Assembly (NCBI GenBank): GCA_965208315.1
Contig: OZ242329.1
Location: forward strand, 704,082 to 768,081
Origin: Chloroflexota bacterium
GTDB taxonomy: Bacteria; Chloroflexota; UBA11872; VXOZ01
Length of the DNA: 64,000 bases
Reading direction: 5' to 3'
Shown: piece by piece, positions 1 through 9,310 of the stretch
Layout: the number at the start of each line of letters is the position of its first letter
Numbering within the stretch: the stretch's first letter is position 1
Program-made: the position numbers and the translations under genes
Notes under the pieces: generated by a model
What the model was told of the DNA's origin: nothing
The model's input: only the letters and a program-made list of their open reading frames with translations
Databases searched by the model: none

Positions 1-9
1 TGTCTGCGA

Positions 10-1422
10 ATGACCCGAAATGTGTCCAAGTCTGCAAGGGATTCTATTGTGCGGCAAGTCGAGTTAGGGGCCGCGCGAGCGGATGAAGTGCTGCCGGAAC
101 GCGCCCCCCTTTGGGCGGGCGCCGCCAAGACGCAAATCACCCCGCCAATTGGCAGCCTGCTCCAGAGCGGCATGACGGTCGTGTCAACCGGCGTGCACGA
201 CGACCTCTACAGCACCGCCGTCGTCTTGGATGACGGCGAAACGAAGGTCGCGCTGGTAGGCAACGACATCATCTACATGGAAGCCCCGCTGGCGGCGGAA
301 ATTCGCGCCCGCATCGCTGAACAGACCGGAATTCTTGGCGAAAACGTCCTTTTGAATGCTTCTCACACACACTCCGGGCCGAACATCTGCGTCATTTCGC
401 CGTATGAGATCGACATGGAGTACCGTGAATGGCTGATCCGGCAAATCGTGGATACGGTGGCCAAAGCGGAGGCGGCCCTGGAACCCGCTTCACTGGCTAT
501 CGGAGAAGCGGAGGGCATGTTTGCCGTCAATCGCCGCAAGGTGGTGGACGGCACGTCGAGCATGCTGCCGAACTACGCGGCTACCGTCGACAACCGGGCG
601 CGGGTCTTGCGCTTTGATCGTCTGGATGGCTCGGTGCTGGCCGTAGTCTTCTCGGTCGCTTGCCACGGCACCGGCTTCGACTACCGAGGCAACGATTCCC
701 TCATAGGCGGCGACTACATTTCCCCGGCCAAAGACGAGATTGAGCGCTCGTTCGCCACGGAAGGAGCGCCCATTGCAGTCTTTCTCACTGGCTGCGGCGG
801 CAATATTCGCCCGCGCGTGCTCACGCCGGACGGTGAACGCTTTCATCCGTGCACGGCAGCGGAGATTGCGGCCCTCGGCCGCGGCGCGGGCGCGGTGGCC
901 GTGCGCGCCGCCCGCGAGAGCCACATGGCCGTGGGGTATCCGCTTGCGGTGGCTCGAGAGCAGTTTCCGTTGCCCTTTCAAGAGCCGCCAACTATTGAGG
1001 AACTGCGTGCCTACCGCGCGGACCCACGTCGCACCCGTTATCATCCCTGGGCCGACCGTCTCATAAGGAAACTGGAAAACGGCGAGGACCTACCGCGCAC
1101 CGTGGATATGGAAGTGCACGTCCTGCGGCTCGGCGGCGTTTGCATCATCGCTATGGGCGGAGAAGTGTTTGTGGAGATCGGGCTCGCCATTGAGCAGGCG
1201 CTGCAGGAGAATCACGAGGTGCAAATGGCACTCACCCTCGGCTACAGCAACTCGGAAGTGGGCTACGTTTGCACCGCCAGCGCCTATCCCGAAGGCGGTT
1301 CCGAACCGGCCGACTTCTACCGCTGGTTCTGGTATCCCGCGCCGTTCAAGCCGGAGACTGAGGACTTTGTCGTGGATCGGGCCGTCGCGCTCGCTCGGCG
1401 GGTTTGCGATCTACATAACTGA
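10..1422 (+). CDS. neutral/alkaline ceramidase-like hydrolase family protein
   Basis: 470-aa ORF. ITPPIG near the N-terminus and NASHTHSGP motif typical of bacterial neutral ceramidase N-domain proteins. ATG at 10. Confidence 0.6.
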   Translation: MTRNVSKSARDSIVRQVELGAARADEVLPERAPLWAGAAKTQITPPIGSLLQSGMTVVSTGVHDDLYSTAVVLDDGETKVALVGNDIIYMEAPLAAEIRARIAEQTGILGENVLLNASHTHSGPNICVISPYEIDMEYREWLIRQIVDTVAKAEAALEPASLAIGEAEGMFAVNRRKVVDGTSSMLPNYAATVDNRARVLRFDRLDGSVLAVVFSVACHGTGFDYRGNDSLIGGDYISPAKDEIERSFATEGAPIAVFLTGCGGNIRPRVLTPDGERFHPCTAAEIAALGRGAGAVAVRAARESHMAVGYPLAVAREQFPLPFQEPPTIEELRAYRADPRRTRYHPWADRLIRKLENGEDLPRTVDMEVHVLRLGGVCIIAMGGEVFVEIGLAIEQALQENHEVQMALTLGYSNSEVGYVCTASAYPEGGSEPADFYRWFWYPAPFKPETEDFVVDRAVALARRVCDLHN

Positions 1423-1472
1423 ATGATGAGACTGACGATAGTTGTAACGTCTTTGAATTGAGGAAACAGAGA

Positions 1473-2870
1473 ATGTCTGGAAAAGTGCGCATGGGCGCGG
1501 TGAAAGTGAACATCACACCGCCGGTAGGCACCCATCTCGGCGGGTACGGAAACCGCCAGAGACCTTCCGACGATATTCACGATGACCTCTTCGCTTCTGC
1601 CCATGTGTTTGCGGACGAGACAACGACCGTTGCCGTCGTCGGCGCGGATCTCGTCGACATATCACTGCAGCGTACGCGCGCCATTCGCAAGAAGATTGCG
1701 GCTGCGACGGGCATACCGGGCTCCCACGTCATGTTGGGCATGACTCATGCCCATAGCGGGCCCAATACAAAAGACTGGGGCGCGGGATTGCCGGGCGCCG
1801 GCGTCCCGTATCCGGGCGGTATACCGGATGAGGACCTCACCTATGCTTTGCCCATCCTCGACCATGACTACCTTGCCGAGTTGGAAAACAAGATCACCGG
1901 CGCGGTTGCCATGGCGGCGCAACGACTGCGGCCCGTCGTGGGTGACATAGGCACCGGCGAGTACGGCCTCGCCATTAACCGCCGGGGCGAGCGGAACGGC
2001 GAAGTGGTCAATTGCCCACGCCCCGATGGACTCGTTGATCACTCAGTGCCCGTGCTGCGCTTTGATGCGGAAAATGGCCATCCGGCGGGTATCATCTTCA
2101 ACTATGCCTGCCATCCGACGAGCATGAGCGATAACTACGCCATCAGCGCCGACTATATCGGCCCGTCTCGATCCTTCGTAGAGGAGGTCTATCGTGATGA
2201 CTGTGTAGTGGGCTTTCTGCTCGGCTGCCACGGCGACATTCGACCCAACTACACCGACGAAACGGGCAGCCGCTTTCGCTCGGCGACGTTTCCCGAGCTT
2301 GAGAGGGAAGGCCGCATCATGGGCGCGGAAGTTGTGAAGACTCGGGAGCGCATCAGCCCCCGTTCCCTTGAGGGAGTTGCCGCTGCGAGCACGCCCATCG
2401 TCGCCCCTTACAGCGAACCGCCAACCGCTGAGTACCTGTGCGCGTCCCTTGAAAGTGGGGCGTACCCCGATAAGGGAAGAGGGCTGTCATTCTCTAACGC
2501 CCGATGGGCTCAGCGCATTCTCGGTCAGCTCGAAGCCGGTACTTTGGCCGACGGCTTGGAAACAGAGCTCCAAGTGATCCGCGTCGGACACCTGGTATTC
2601 GTCGGCTTTCCCGGAGAATTCTTCTTGGAGTACGGCATGGAGACGCGCACGCGCGTCAAGGAACAGTTTGGGCTGGACGTCGTCCACGTAAGCATGGCCA
2701 ACGACATGATCGGCTATGTGGCTTCGGACCGAGAGATTCCGCGCCGCGGCTACGAAGTCGGCTCCTTTCATGACGATGAATTGGCACCGTCTTACTTCGA
2801 CTATGGCACCCAAGGCCTCTTTGTAAACCGGGCGCTTGAGCTTGTAGGCGAGACTCTTGCGAATTCATGA
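1473..2870 (+). CDS. neutral/alkaline ceramidase-like hydrolase family protein (tandem paralog)
   Basis: Same family as the upstream gene (NITPPVG, GMTHAHSGPN). Track ORF begins at TTG 1458. ATG 1473 is preceded by GAGGAAAC, a likely RBS. Confidence 0.6.
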   Translation: MSGKVRMGAVKVNITPPVGTHLGGYGNRQRPSDDIHDDLFASAHVFADETTTVAVVGADLVDISLQRTRAIRKKIAAATGIPGSHVMLGMTHAHSGPNTKDWGAGLPGAGVPYPGGIPDEDLTYALPILDHDYLAELENKITGAVAMAAQRLRPVVGDIGTGEYGLAINRRGERNGEVVNCPRPDGLVDHSVPVLRFDAENGHPAGIIFNYACHPTSMSDNYAISADYIGPSRSFVEEVYRDDCVVGFLLGCHGDIRPNYTDETGSRFRSATFPELEREGRIMGAEVVKTRERISPRSLEGVAAASTPIVAPYSEPPTAEYLCASLESGAYPDKGRGLSFSNARWAQRILGQLEAGTLADGLETELQVIRVGHLVFVGFPGEFFLEYGMETRTRVKEQFGLDVVHVSMANDMIGYVASDREIPRRGYEVGSFHDDELAPSYFDYGTQGLFVNRALELVGETLANS

Positions 2871-3084
2871 ACAGGCGCCAGGCCGATCCTTGAGACACGT
2901 CTAGTTCACGTAGACAGCCTCCTTGCCCAGGGCAACGTGGATCGATTGCGGTAACCAAGCTAGGGAACGACTGCTGGGTGGGACGGCAGGCACGATTTGA
3001 AGGCTTATAACAGCGCGTGCTACGCTTAGACAGACCTCTCACGTAGCTCTATGCTGCTCTTATGCTCCTACTGAAAGACCCTGC

Positions 3085-4053
3085 ATGCAGACCCCCATCG
3101 AACCCGGCATCTTTCTTCCCGCGCTGGAACTCTGGCTCGATTCGCGGCGCGTGAAGCCGGAAGGGTACATCTCTCATGCCCACAGCGACCACCTGGCCTC
3201 GCACCATCACGTGCTCGCCACCGCCGAGACCATAGCCCTCGCCGCCCAGCGGATGAAGATCAAGCAGGCGCAGCCGCTACGTTTCGGTGAGCCGCTGGAG
3301 CGCGACGGCTATACATTGACACTCCTCCCGGCAGGCCACTGCCTCGGCTCGGCGCAGGTTGTCATAGACGTGCGCGCTACCGGGGAACGTATCGTGTATA
3401 CGGGCGACCTGCACCTTGGGGATGATCTGTTCGGGCAACCGGCGGAACCCATTCCCTGCGACACGCTCATCATCGATGCCACGTTCGGACATCCGGACTA
3501 CGTCTTTCCCGCGCGCGCGACCGTAAGCGAGGACGTGTGCGCGTGGGTGGAAGAAACTCTCCATTACGGTGAAGTACCCGTTGTCCTCGCGTATAGCCTC
3601 GGTAAAGGCCAGGAAGCGCTGTACATCCTGCTTGAAGCCGGTTTCGAGGTGCAAGTGCACGAGTCCACGTTTGCGATGACAGCGGTATACCAACAAATGG
3701 GGGTGCGATTTCCTGGACGGTTCACCCGCTGGCGCGGCAGACGGGAGGCAGGCACGGTAGTGCTGATGCCGCCGCACGTGCGCAGCCGGCGCGAGATGTT
3801 TGCCCTTGCGCCGTACCGCACGCTTCTGCTCAGCGGCTGGGCGGCCGACCCATCCTGCAAGTATCGGATGCGCGTCGATGAGGCACTTCCCCTGAGCGAT
3901 CATTGCGACTGGAATCAACTCAACGACTACGTTGCGCAGTCGCAACCCCAGCGTGTGTTTACGATGTTTGGCCCGCAGCACTTTTCTGCTTTTCTGCGTG
4001 ATAAAGGTATCGATGCCTGGCCCCTGGAAGCCAGGCAACCGGCAATGTTCTGA
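3085..4053 (+). CDS. MBL-fold metallo-hydrolase (beta-CASP-like; possibly DNA-repair associated exonuclease)
   Basis: HAHSDH (HxHxDH) motif at the N-terminus. 322 aa. Confidence 0.5.
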   Translation: MQTPIEPGIFLPALELWLDSRRVKPEGYISHAHSDHLASHHHVLATAETIALAAQRMKIKQAQPLRFGEPLERDGYTLTLLPAGHCLGSAQVVIDVRATGERIVYTGDLHLGDDLFGQPAEPIPCDTLIIDATFGHPDYVFPARATVSEDVCAWVEETLHYGEVPVVLAYSLGKGQEALYILLEAGFEVQVHESTFAMTAVYQQMGVRFPGRFTRWRGRREAGTVVLMPPHVRSRREMFALAPYRTLLLSGWAADPSCKYRMRVDEALPLSDHCDWNQLNDYVAQSQPQRVFTMFGPQHFSAFLRDKGIDAWPLEARQPAMF

Positions 4054-4290
4054 GGCAAACAGCGCGCCACGGCATTTGGGTGTAATTCGTTTTGCACACT
4101 TGTCGCTTTGCTCAGGCGAACTCTTGAGCGATAATAGAGGCGGAGTGCTGACTGAGAGTAGGAATACCCCAACGTATGTGGCGCTAAGTTGATGTATTAG
4201 GTCATATAGTCGGTTGTGCATTCCCGCCACCACTTGGGCTATCCCCACCGATGAGACGGGCATTGGCAACTAACAGATGGAGGAGTAACT

Positions 4291-5076
4291 ATGGCACAGG
4301 CAACAGTTGAAGTAACGACCGAGGAACAAGCCTTCTACCAGGAGAACGGTTATCTCCTGATTAAGGGCTTGGTATCGGCTGAGGGCATAGCGAAACTCAA
4401 GGAGCGGTTGGAAGAGTACATGTACGACCGCTTGCCCGTGCCGGACGGTGTCAGGATCCAGGTTGAGCCGCGTGTGGAGCGTGGCGAAATGCCTTGGCCG
4501 GAGCGGCGCGGCGACGCGTACCGCAAGATTGACCGGCTCGTCATTCACGACGACCGCTTCCGCGCGTTGGGGACGATGCCCGGAGTGGTGGAACGCATGC
4601 AGGCGCTCATCGGCAGCAAGAACCTCAAGCTCTTTCGCGACTCCGCACTTATGAAACCGGCCCAGGTCGGTTCGGCCAAAGGCATGCACCAGGATTCGCC
4701 TTACTGGCCGATTGAGCCGATGGAGTTGAGCTCATGCTGGATGCCCTTTGAGCCTGCCACCCCGGAGAATGGTTGCATTACCGCCATTCCCGGCAGTCAC
4801 AAGCGTGGCCCAGTCCCTCATGAGCGCGTGCCGGACGACTATATCGTCAACGAAAGCAATTACGATCCCAACGACGTGATTGCTGTGCCGATGGAAGCGG
4901 GCGACGGTCTCTTCTTCCATAGCCTTCTGCTCCACGGCACCGCGCCCAATCTTACGGCGAACTCGCGGCGGGCAATCACGATGAGCTATATGGCAACCGA
5001 GTTTCACTACACCGGCGATTCCCCTAAGCCGGACTACCTGCTTATCTGCGGCGAGGACATCCCAGGCGGCGTCTAG
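4291..5076 (+). CDS. phytanoyl-CoA dioxygenase (PhyH) family Fe(II)/2OG oxygenase
   Basis: HQDSPYW (HxD) and distal LHGTAPN His. GGAGG RBS before the ATG. Confidence 0.65.
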   Translation: MAQATVEVTTEEQAFYQENGYLLIKGLVSAEGIAKLKERLEEYMYDRLPVPDGVRIQVEPRVERGEMPWPERRGDAYRKIDRLVIHDDRFRALGTMPGVVERMQALIGSKNLKLFRDSALMKPAQVGSAKGMHQDSPYWPIEPMELSSCWMPFEPATPENGCITAIPGSHKRGPVPHERVPDDYIVNESNYDPNDVIAVPMEAGDGLFFHSLLLHGTAPNLTANSRRAITMSYMATEFHYTGDSPKPDYLLICGEDIPGGV

Positions 5077-5156
5077 CGATCGCGAGGCGACAAATCCCAA
5101 CACATTTCTGGTGAGAGTCCTAATGGAGTTGCCGATGATTCCATAAGGGGTGCTTC

Positions 5157-6893
5157 TTGGCTGTAGCCCGCTTGAATGAGAACATCCGCCATGAGCCGGA
5201 CGAACCGTGCTCGCTGTTTGAGGCGGTTGCGGTTGGAGCGCAGGGCGTACTAATAGTTGTCGCGCCCGCAGTCGTTATCGTTGCTATCACGGCGGTGGCA
5301 TCCGGTCAAGACGAACGCTATCTGACGTGGGCGGTATTTGCGTCACTCATCATTGGCGGGGCAATCACGGCGCTGCAGGCGGCTGGCATCGGCTGGCTGG
5401 GTACTCGCCATCTCTTGATAACCGGCACTACGCCGAACTATGTAGCCGTCTCGGTGCTGGCATTGGACCAAGGCGGCCCGGCCGCACTCGCAAGTCTGAT
5501 CGTCCTTTCGTCGCTGTTCTACCTGGCCATTGCCGTTTGGCTGCCGCGCTTGCGGCGAATCGTCACGCCGGCCGTTTCCGGCACGGTGCTCATGCTTATC
5601 GCAACGATGATCCTGCCGGTGGCGTTAGATCGCATGCATGAAGTGCCCGAAGGCACCCTGCCGATCGCGGGTCCGTTCGTTGCGCTCGTTACACTCATAG
5701 CAACTGCCGTTCTGGCCTTACGCGCGCCCGTGTCTTGGCGGCTGTGGTCACCGCTCCTTGGCATTGGCGCGGGCTGTGTGGTAGCCGCCTTCTTTGGCAT
5801 GTACGATTTCGAGCGACTCGTTACCGCGCCTTGGTTCGGCTTACCCGATGGCGGGTTTCCCGGACTGGAGCTATCCCCGCCGACAGGCTTTTGGGCGTTG
5901 TTGCCGATGTTTTTGGTTGTAGCCCTCGTGCAGGCCATCAAGACCGTAGGCGACGCGATGGTCGTCCAGCAAGTCTCACAGCGCAAACAACGCGCCATCG
6001 ACTTCCGCTTGATTCAGGGGGCTCTCTACGCCAACGGAGTTGGCATACTGCTTTCCGGTCTTGCGGGCACGCCGCCCACGAGCGCATACTCGTCGTCCAC
6101 CGTCTCGCTCATCAATCTTACCGGCATCGCCGCGCGCAGAGTTGGCTACGCCATAGGCGTGATTTTTCTAATTCTGGCGCTATTCCCGAAAGTCACGGGC
6201 TTGCTGCTCACGATTCCTACCCCTATCATGGGTGCCTTCCTGTTGTTCGCCATCGGGATACTGTTCTTCGAAGGAATTCGGACAGTGGCGCGCTCCGGCC
6301 TTAGCTATCAAGATGCTATGATTGTCGGTCTGTCATTTTCCATCGGGGTTGGATTGCAGAACCAGAACATCTTCGCGGGGATACTTAGCTCGCCTTGGGA
6401 CGCCTTGCTCGGCAACGGCATTACCATCGGCGCTGCTGTGGCCATTGGCTTGACTATCCTTTTGGATTTGACCGGCCCACGCCGTCGCCGCTTGGAAACC
6501 CGGCTGGCTGCTTCCAGTATTCCTCACATCGACGAATTCTTGCAGGAGGTTGCCGCCAAGTTGAATTGGGGAAGCGCCGCTACTGAGAAACTGCGCTCTG
6601 CGGGCGAAGAGACACTTTCTAGCCTCCTGCAGCCGGGCAACGAATACCCAACGGACGCTACGCCGCGCTTGATCATCATGGCGCGCACTGATGCGAATGC
6701 GGTGGACCTGGAGTTTCTTGCCGTATTCGCAGAAGACAACCTGGAAGATCGTCTCGCCCACTTGGACGAGCAGTCCGAGACCAGCGACAACAGAGAAGTG
6801 TCATTTCGCCTGCTCCGGCATTATGCATCGTCGGTCCGCCACCAGAAGTATCACGGCTTGGACATTGTCACGGTGCGGGTTGAGGGCTCGTAG
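5157..6893 (+). CDS. nucleobase:cation symporter-2 (xanthine/uracil permease)-like transporter with C-terminal soluble extension
   Basis: Multiple TM helices. QAIKTVGDAMVV and SAYSSSTVSLINLTG-like NCS2 signature regions. Confidence 0.5.
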   Translation: MAVARLNENIRHEPDEPCSLFEAVAVGAQGVLIVVAPAVVIVAITAVASGQDERYLTWAVFASLIIGGAITALQAAGIGWLGTRHLLITGTTPNYVAVSVLALDQGGPAALASLIVLSSLFYLAIAVWLPRLRRIVTPAVSGTVLMLIATMILPVALDRMHEVPEGTLPIAGPFVALVTLIATAVLALRAPVSWRLWSPLLGIGAGCVVAAFFGMYDFERLVTAPWFGLPDGGFPGLELSPPTGFWALLPMFLVVALVQAIKTVGDAMVVQQVSQRKQRAIDFRLIQGALYANGVGILLSGLAGTPPTSAYSSSTVSLINLTGIAARRVGYAIGVIFLILALFPKVTGLLLTIPTPIMGAFLLFAIGILFFEGIRTVARSGLSYQDAMIVGLSFSIGVGLQNQNIFAGILSSPWDALLGNGITIGAAVAIGLTILLDLTGPRRRRLETRLAASSIPHIDEFLQEVAAKLNWGSAATEKLRSAGEETLSSLLQPGNEYPTDATPRLIIMARTDANAVDLEFLAVFAEDNLEDRLAHLDEQSETSDNREVSFRLLRHYASSVRHQKYHGLDIVTVRVEGS

Positions 6894-7106
6894 GGGGAAG
6901 AGTCCGGAAAGACTGTACCGCGCATGAATCGCGCGGAGGGAAGGCGAGCGACAATCAGAGATGGCGGTTTCTTGCAAGTCTACTGTGCTTGTTTGAATGC
7001 TACACCTCCCAAAGCGGATGCCCACGCTCAGGAAGTTGACATGAGTTAGCCGCCATCGTGCGAGTGAATGCTCTCTGCTCGTATTTCGTCCGGCCTGAAG
7101 CTCTGT

Positions 7107-8021
7107 TCAGCCTTGGGTGGTTGTGATCTGATCGACAAACTCCCGCACCACAGCCGCACAGTCCTCCGGTTGTTCCAGGGGGAGAAAGTGTGTGGCATCA
7201 GGCAAGAAGTCGTAGTCCACGCTAAGAATGTCGCTTAGATCTAACGTTGGAAGGTACGAGTAGGGCAGAGTGGGATCAGCCCCGATCACCTTTATGGGAC
7301 AGTGAAACTTCCCAAAATCCACAAGCACAGCGTAGGGGCTGGCGTAGTCCACAATCTGCGCTTCATACTCTGGCGGACACCGCAACTCAAAGCCGGATCC
7401 CCCTTCACTATTGCGCAACGTGGCCTGCGCGATGAGTCTAGTAGTGCCAGGAACGGTGTGCCGGAACGTCGGCGCAAAACTGAGCAGTTCCTCGAAGTCC
7501 TCCCTGGATTTGAAGTGAAAAGTGCGTCTTCTGGCATACCCTGCCGCGCGTGTCGCTGCCGCATCGAACTCCTCGTAGCTGGCTCCTGGCTTGCAGAGCG
7601 GGGGGTCAAAGAGGATGAGCGCCGCGTGCCGGCTGCCCTTCGTCGGCGAAACGAGCGTCGCCAGAGAAGAAACTGAGTGATAAACCCCAGTCAGGGGCTT
7701 CTCGCCAAAGTGGGACTCAATCGCATCCAGGATGAGGTCATGATCGTTGGCGAAGGTCGCAACAGTGTGCTCTCTTATCGAACTGACGGTGTTCCAGCCA
7801 TGGTTTCTCAAGTCATGCACGATGAGGTCGAAGTCGTCGGCGAGCAGAGACCAGAAGGGGTAGTACAGGTCGATGGCCAGACCGTTGCCATGGCACAGCA
7901 CAAGCCGCGGGCCGTCAGGATTGCCGTGGCGTCGCAGAGTGATAGTGGTTTCATCATCCACCGGAACGTCCAACGTGGCGAGGGGTTGGGGTACGTGCCA
8001 AATTGCATCCGAATCTGTCAT
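7107..8021 (-). CDS. alpha/beta-hydrolase fold protein (candidate product-release thioesterase/hydrolase of the PKS cluster)
   Basis: 304-aa ORF. VLCHGNG and TGVYHSVSS nucleophile-elbow-like region. Located just downstream of the PPTase and ACP genes. Confidence 0.4.
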   Translation of the reverse strand: MTDSDAIWHVPQPLATLDVPVDDETTITLRRHGNPDGPRLVLCHGNGLAIDLYYPFWSLLADDFDLIVHDLRNHGWNTVSSIREHTVATFANDHDLILDAIESHFGEKPLTGVYHSVSSLATLVSPTKGSRHAALILFDPPLCKPGASYEEFDAAATRAAGYARRRTFHFKSREDFEELLSFAPTFRHTVPGTTRLIAQATLRNSEGGSGFELRCPPEYEAQIVDYASPYAVLVDFGKFHCPIKVIGADPTLPYSYLPTLDLSDILSVDYDFLPDATHFLPLEQPEDCAAVVREFVDQITTTQG

Positions 8022-8028
8022 TGAGGTG

Positions 8029-8742
8029 CTAGTCTTTCCGCGCTGAGACTCCGCTCAATTCAATTGCTACAGCAGCCGCGAATTCCTGGTTGCCGAGGTC
8101 TTCGATTTGCCACGTGACCTCGGGCAGTCGTGGCAACTGTAGCATACCGCTCTCTCTGCCGCCTACCGTCGCTGCGGGAATCCTGATGCACGTTGCGTCC
8201 AGCACGAATCCTTCGCCCAACGCCTTCAATACCGCTTCTTTGAGGGTCCACAGCTTGAAAAAGAGGTGCGTTCGCGCTTGTCCTTGGGTCAAGGCAAGTG
8301 CCGTCTTCTCTTCCGGGCCAAGCACGGTGTCGATAAGCAAGCTGAGGTCACGCCGCGGGTCGCGTTCCTCGATGTCCACGCCCAAGCGTCCGGTTGGAGC
8401 GCACGCCACCAGCCCATGGTTCCCACTGTGGCTCACGTTGAAGCTAACGGAAGCGGGTTGGTCTTGCACCAGTGCGTACGGTTTTCCAAAGCGGGACGCG
8501 CGAAAGGCAAGCTGCTCGTTCTGGCAATGCAGCTCCTCACAGAGAATGGCGCGCAGAGCGGCGCGACACAGTGTAAAGCGACGGCGCGGCCCATCATACG
8601 CGAAGCGCTGCCGGCGAGCTTGCTCCTGGCCGTCGAGCCATCCCAAGGCTTCACTTTCCCATTCTTTATTCGGGTGATAAGTCAACGTGGATGATAGTCG
8701 TACTGCCAACGTCCCTGAAGTGGTTGCACCAACTGCTGTCAA
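8029..8742 (-). CDS. 4'-phosphopantetheinyl transferase, Sfp-type
   Basis: FNVSHSG, GVDIE and WTLKEAVLKALG motifs. Confidence 0.8.
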   Translation of the reverse strand: MTAVGATTSGTLAVRLSSTLTYHPNKEWESEALGWLDGQEQARRQRFAYDGPRRRFTLCRAALRAILCEELHCQNEQLAFRASRFGKPYALVQDQPASVSFNVSHSGNHGLVACAPTGRLGVDIEERDPRRDLSLLIDTVLGPEEKTALALTQGQARTHLFFKLWTLKEAVLKALGEGFVLDATCIRIPAATVGGRESGMLQLPRLPEVTWQIEDLGNQEFAAAVAIELSGVSARKD

Positions 8743-8802
8743 GTGTTGGCATAATGATACGCGATCAAAGTGGAAAGTATAGGCACTGGCGGATGTCGAA
8801 TT

Positions 8803-8834
8803 TCAAAAAAAGCGCCGCTCCTCATGGAGCGGCG
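8803..8834 (-). terminator. intrinsic terminator after stand-alone ACP gene
   Basis: GC hairpin GCGCCGCTCC-TCAT-GGAGCGGCG followed on the minus strand by a U7 tract. Confidence 0.55.
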
Positions 8835-8892
8835 ACTCTTCCGAACCAAGTGACGAAGACTCAGTCCCAAGTTTCATTGCTTAGGCGCCTGC

Positions 8893-9138
8893 CTAGGCAG
8901 CTTGCGAATCGAGGAACTCGATAAGCTCTTGTAGGTTGTTGATGGTTGGGCACTGCTCGCGAGAAAACTCCAGTTTGAACTCCTGAGCGACCACTTTGGT
9001 AAAGGCGACCACATCCATGGAAGATACGCCCGCCTCCGTCAGACTGACGCTCAAATCGAGCGATGAACTGAGCGGCTTTCCGTCTACTTCAAGATTGTCA
9101 GCGACGAGTTGCCTAATTCGATCTTCCGTTGAAGCCAT
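8893..9138 (-). CDS. stand-alone acyl carrier protein
   Basis: 81 aa, acidic, four-helix ACP-like. Phosphopantetheine serine context LTEAGVSSMDVV. AGGAGGA RBS upstream. Confidence 0.75.
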   Translation of the reverse strand: MASTEDRIRQLVADNLEVDGKPLSSSLDLSVSLTEAGVSSMDVVAFTKVVAQEFKLEFSREQCPTINNLQELIEFLDSQAA

Positions 9139-9310
9139 GCCTGTTTCCTCCTCTTTTGAAATGCTTCATTGCATAGAACTGTTGGCAGCATAGCAAGACA
9201 AGCCGTACTCGTCAAATCTACTGTACCGTCTCTTGTCTACGCTTTTAAACATTGGGCGTAATTCTGGGGCACAATCCTGAAAATCAATCCTGAGACGTAA
9301 TCGCCTTTCT

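Noticed and set aside
3277-4269. 330-aa minus-strand ORF overlapping the MBL-hydrolase gene
   Set aside because: Antisense to a motif-bearing gene. Arg/Ala/Pro-rich composition typical of high-GC shadow ORFs.
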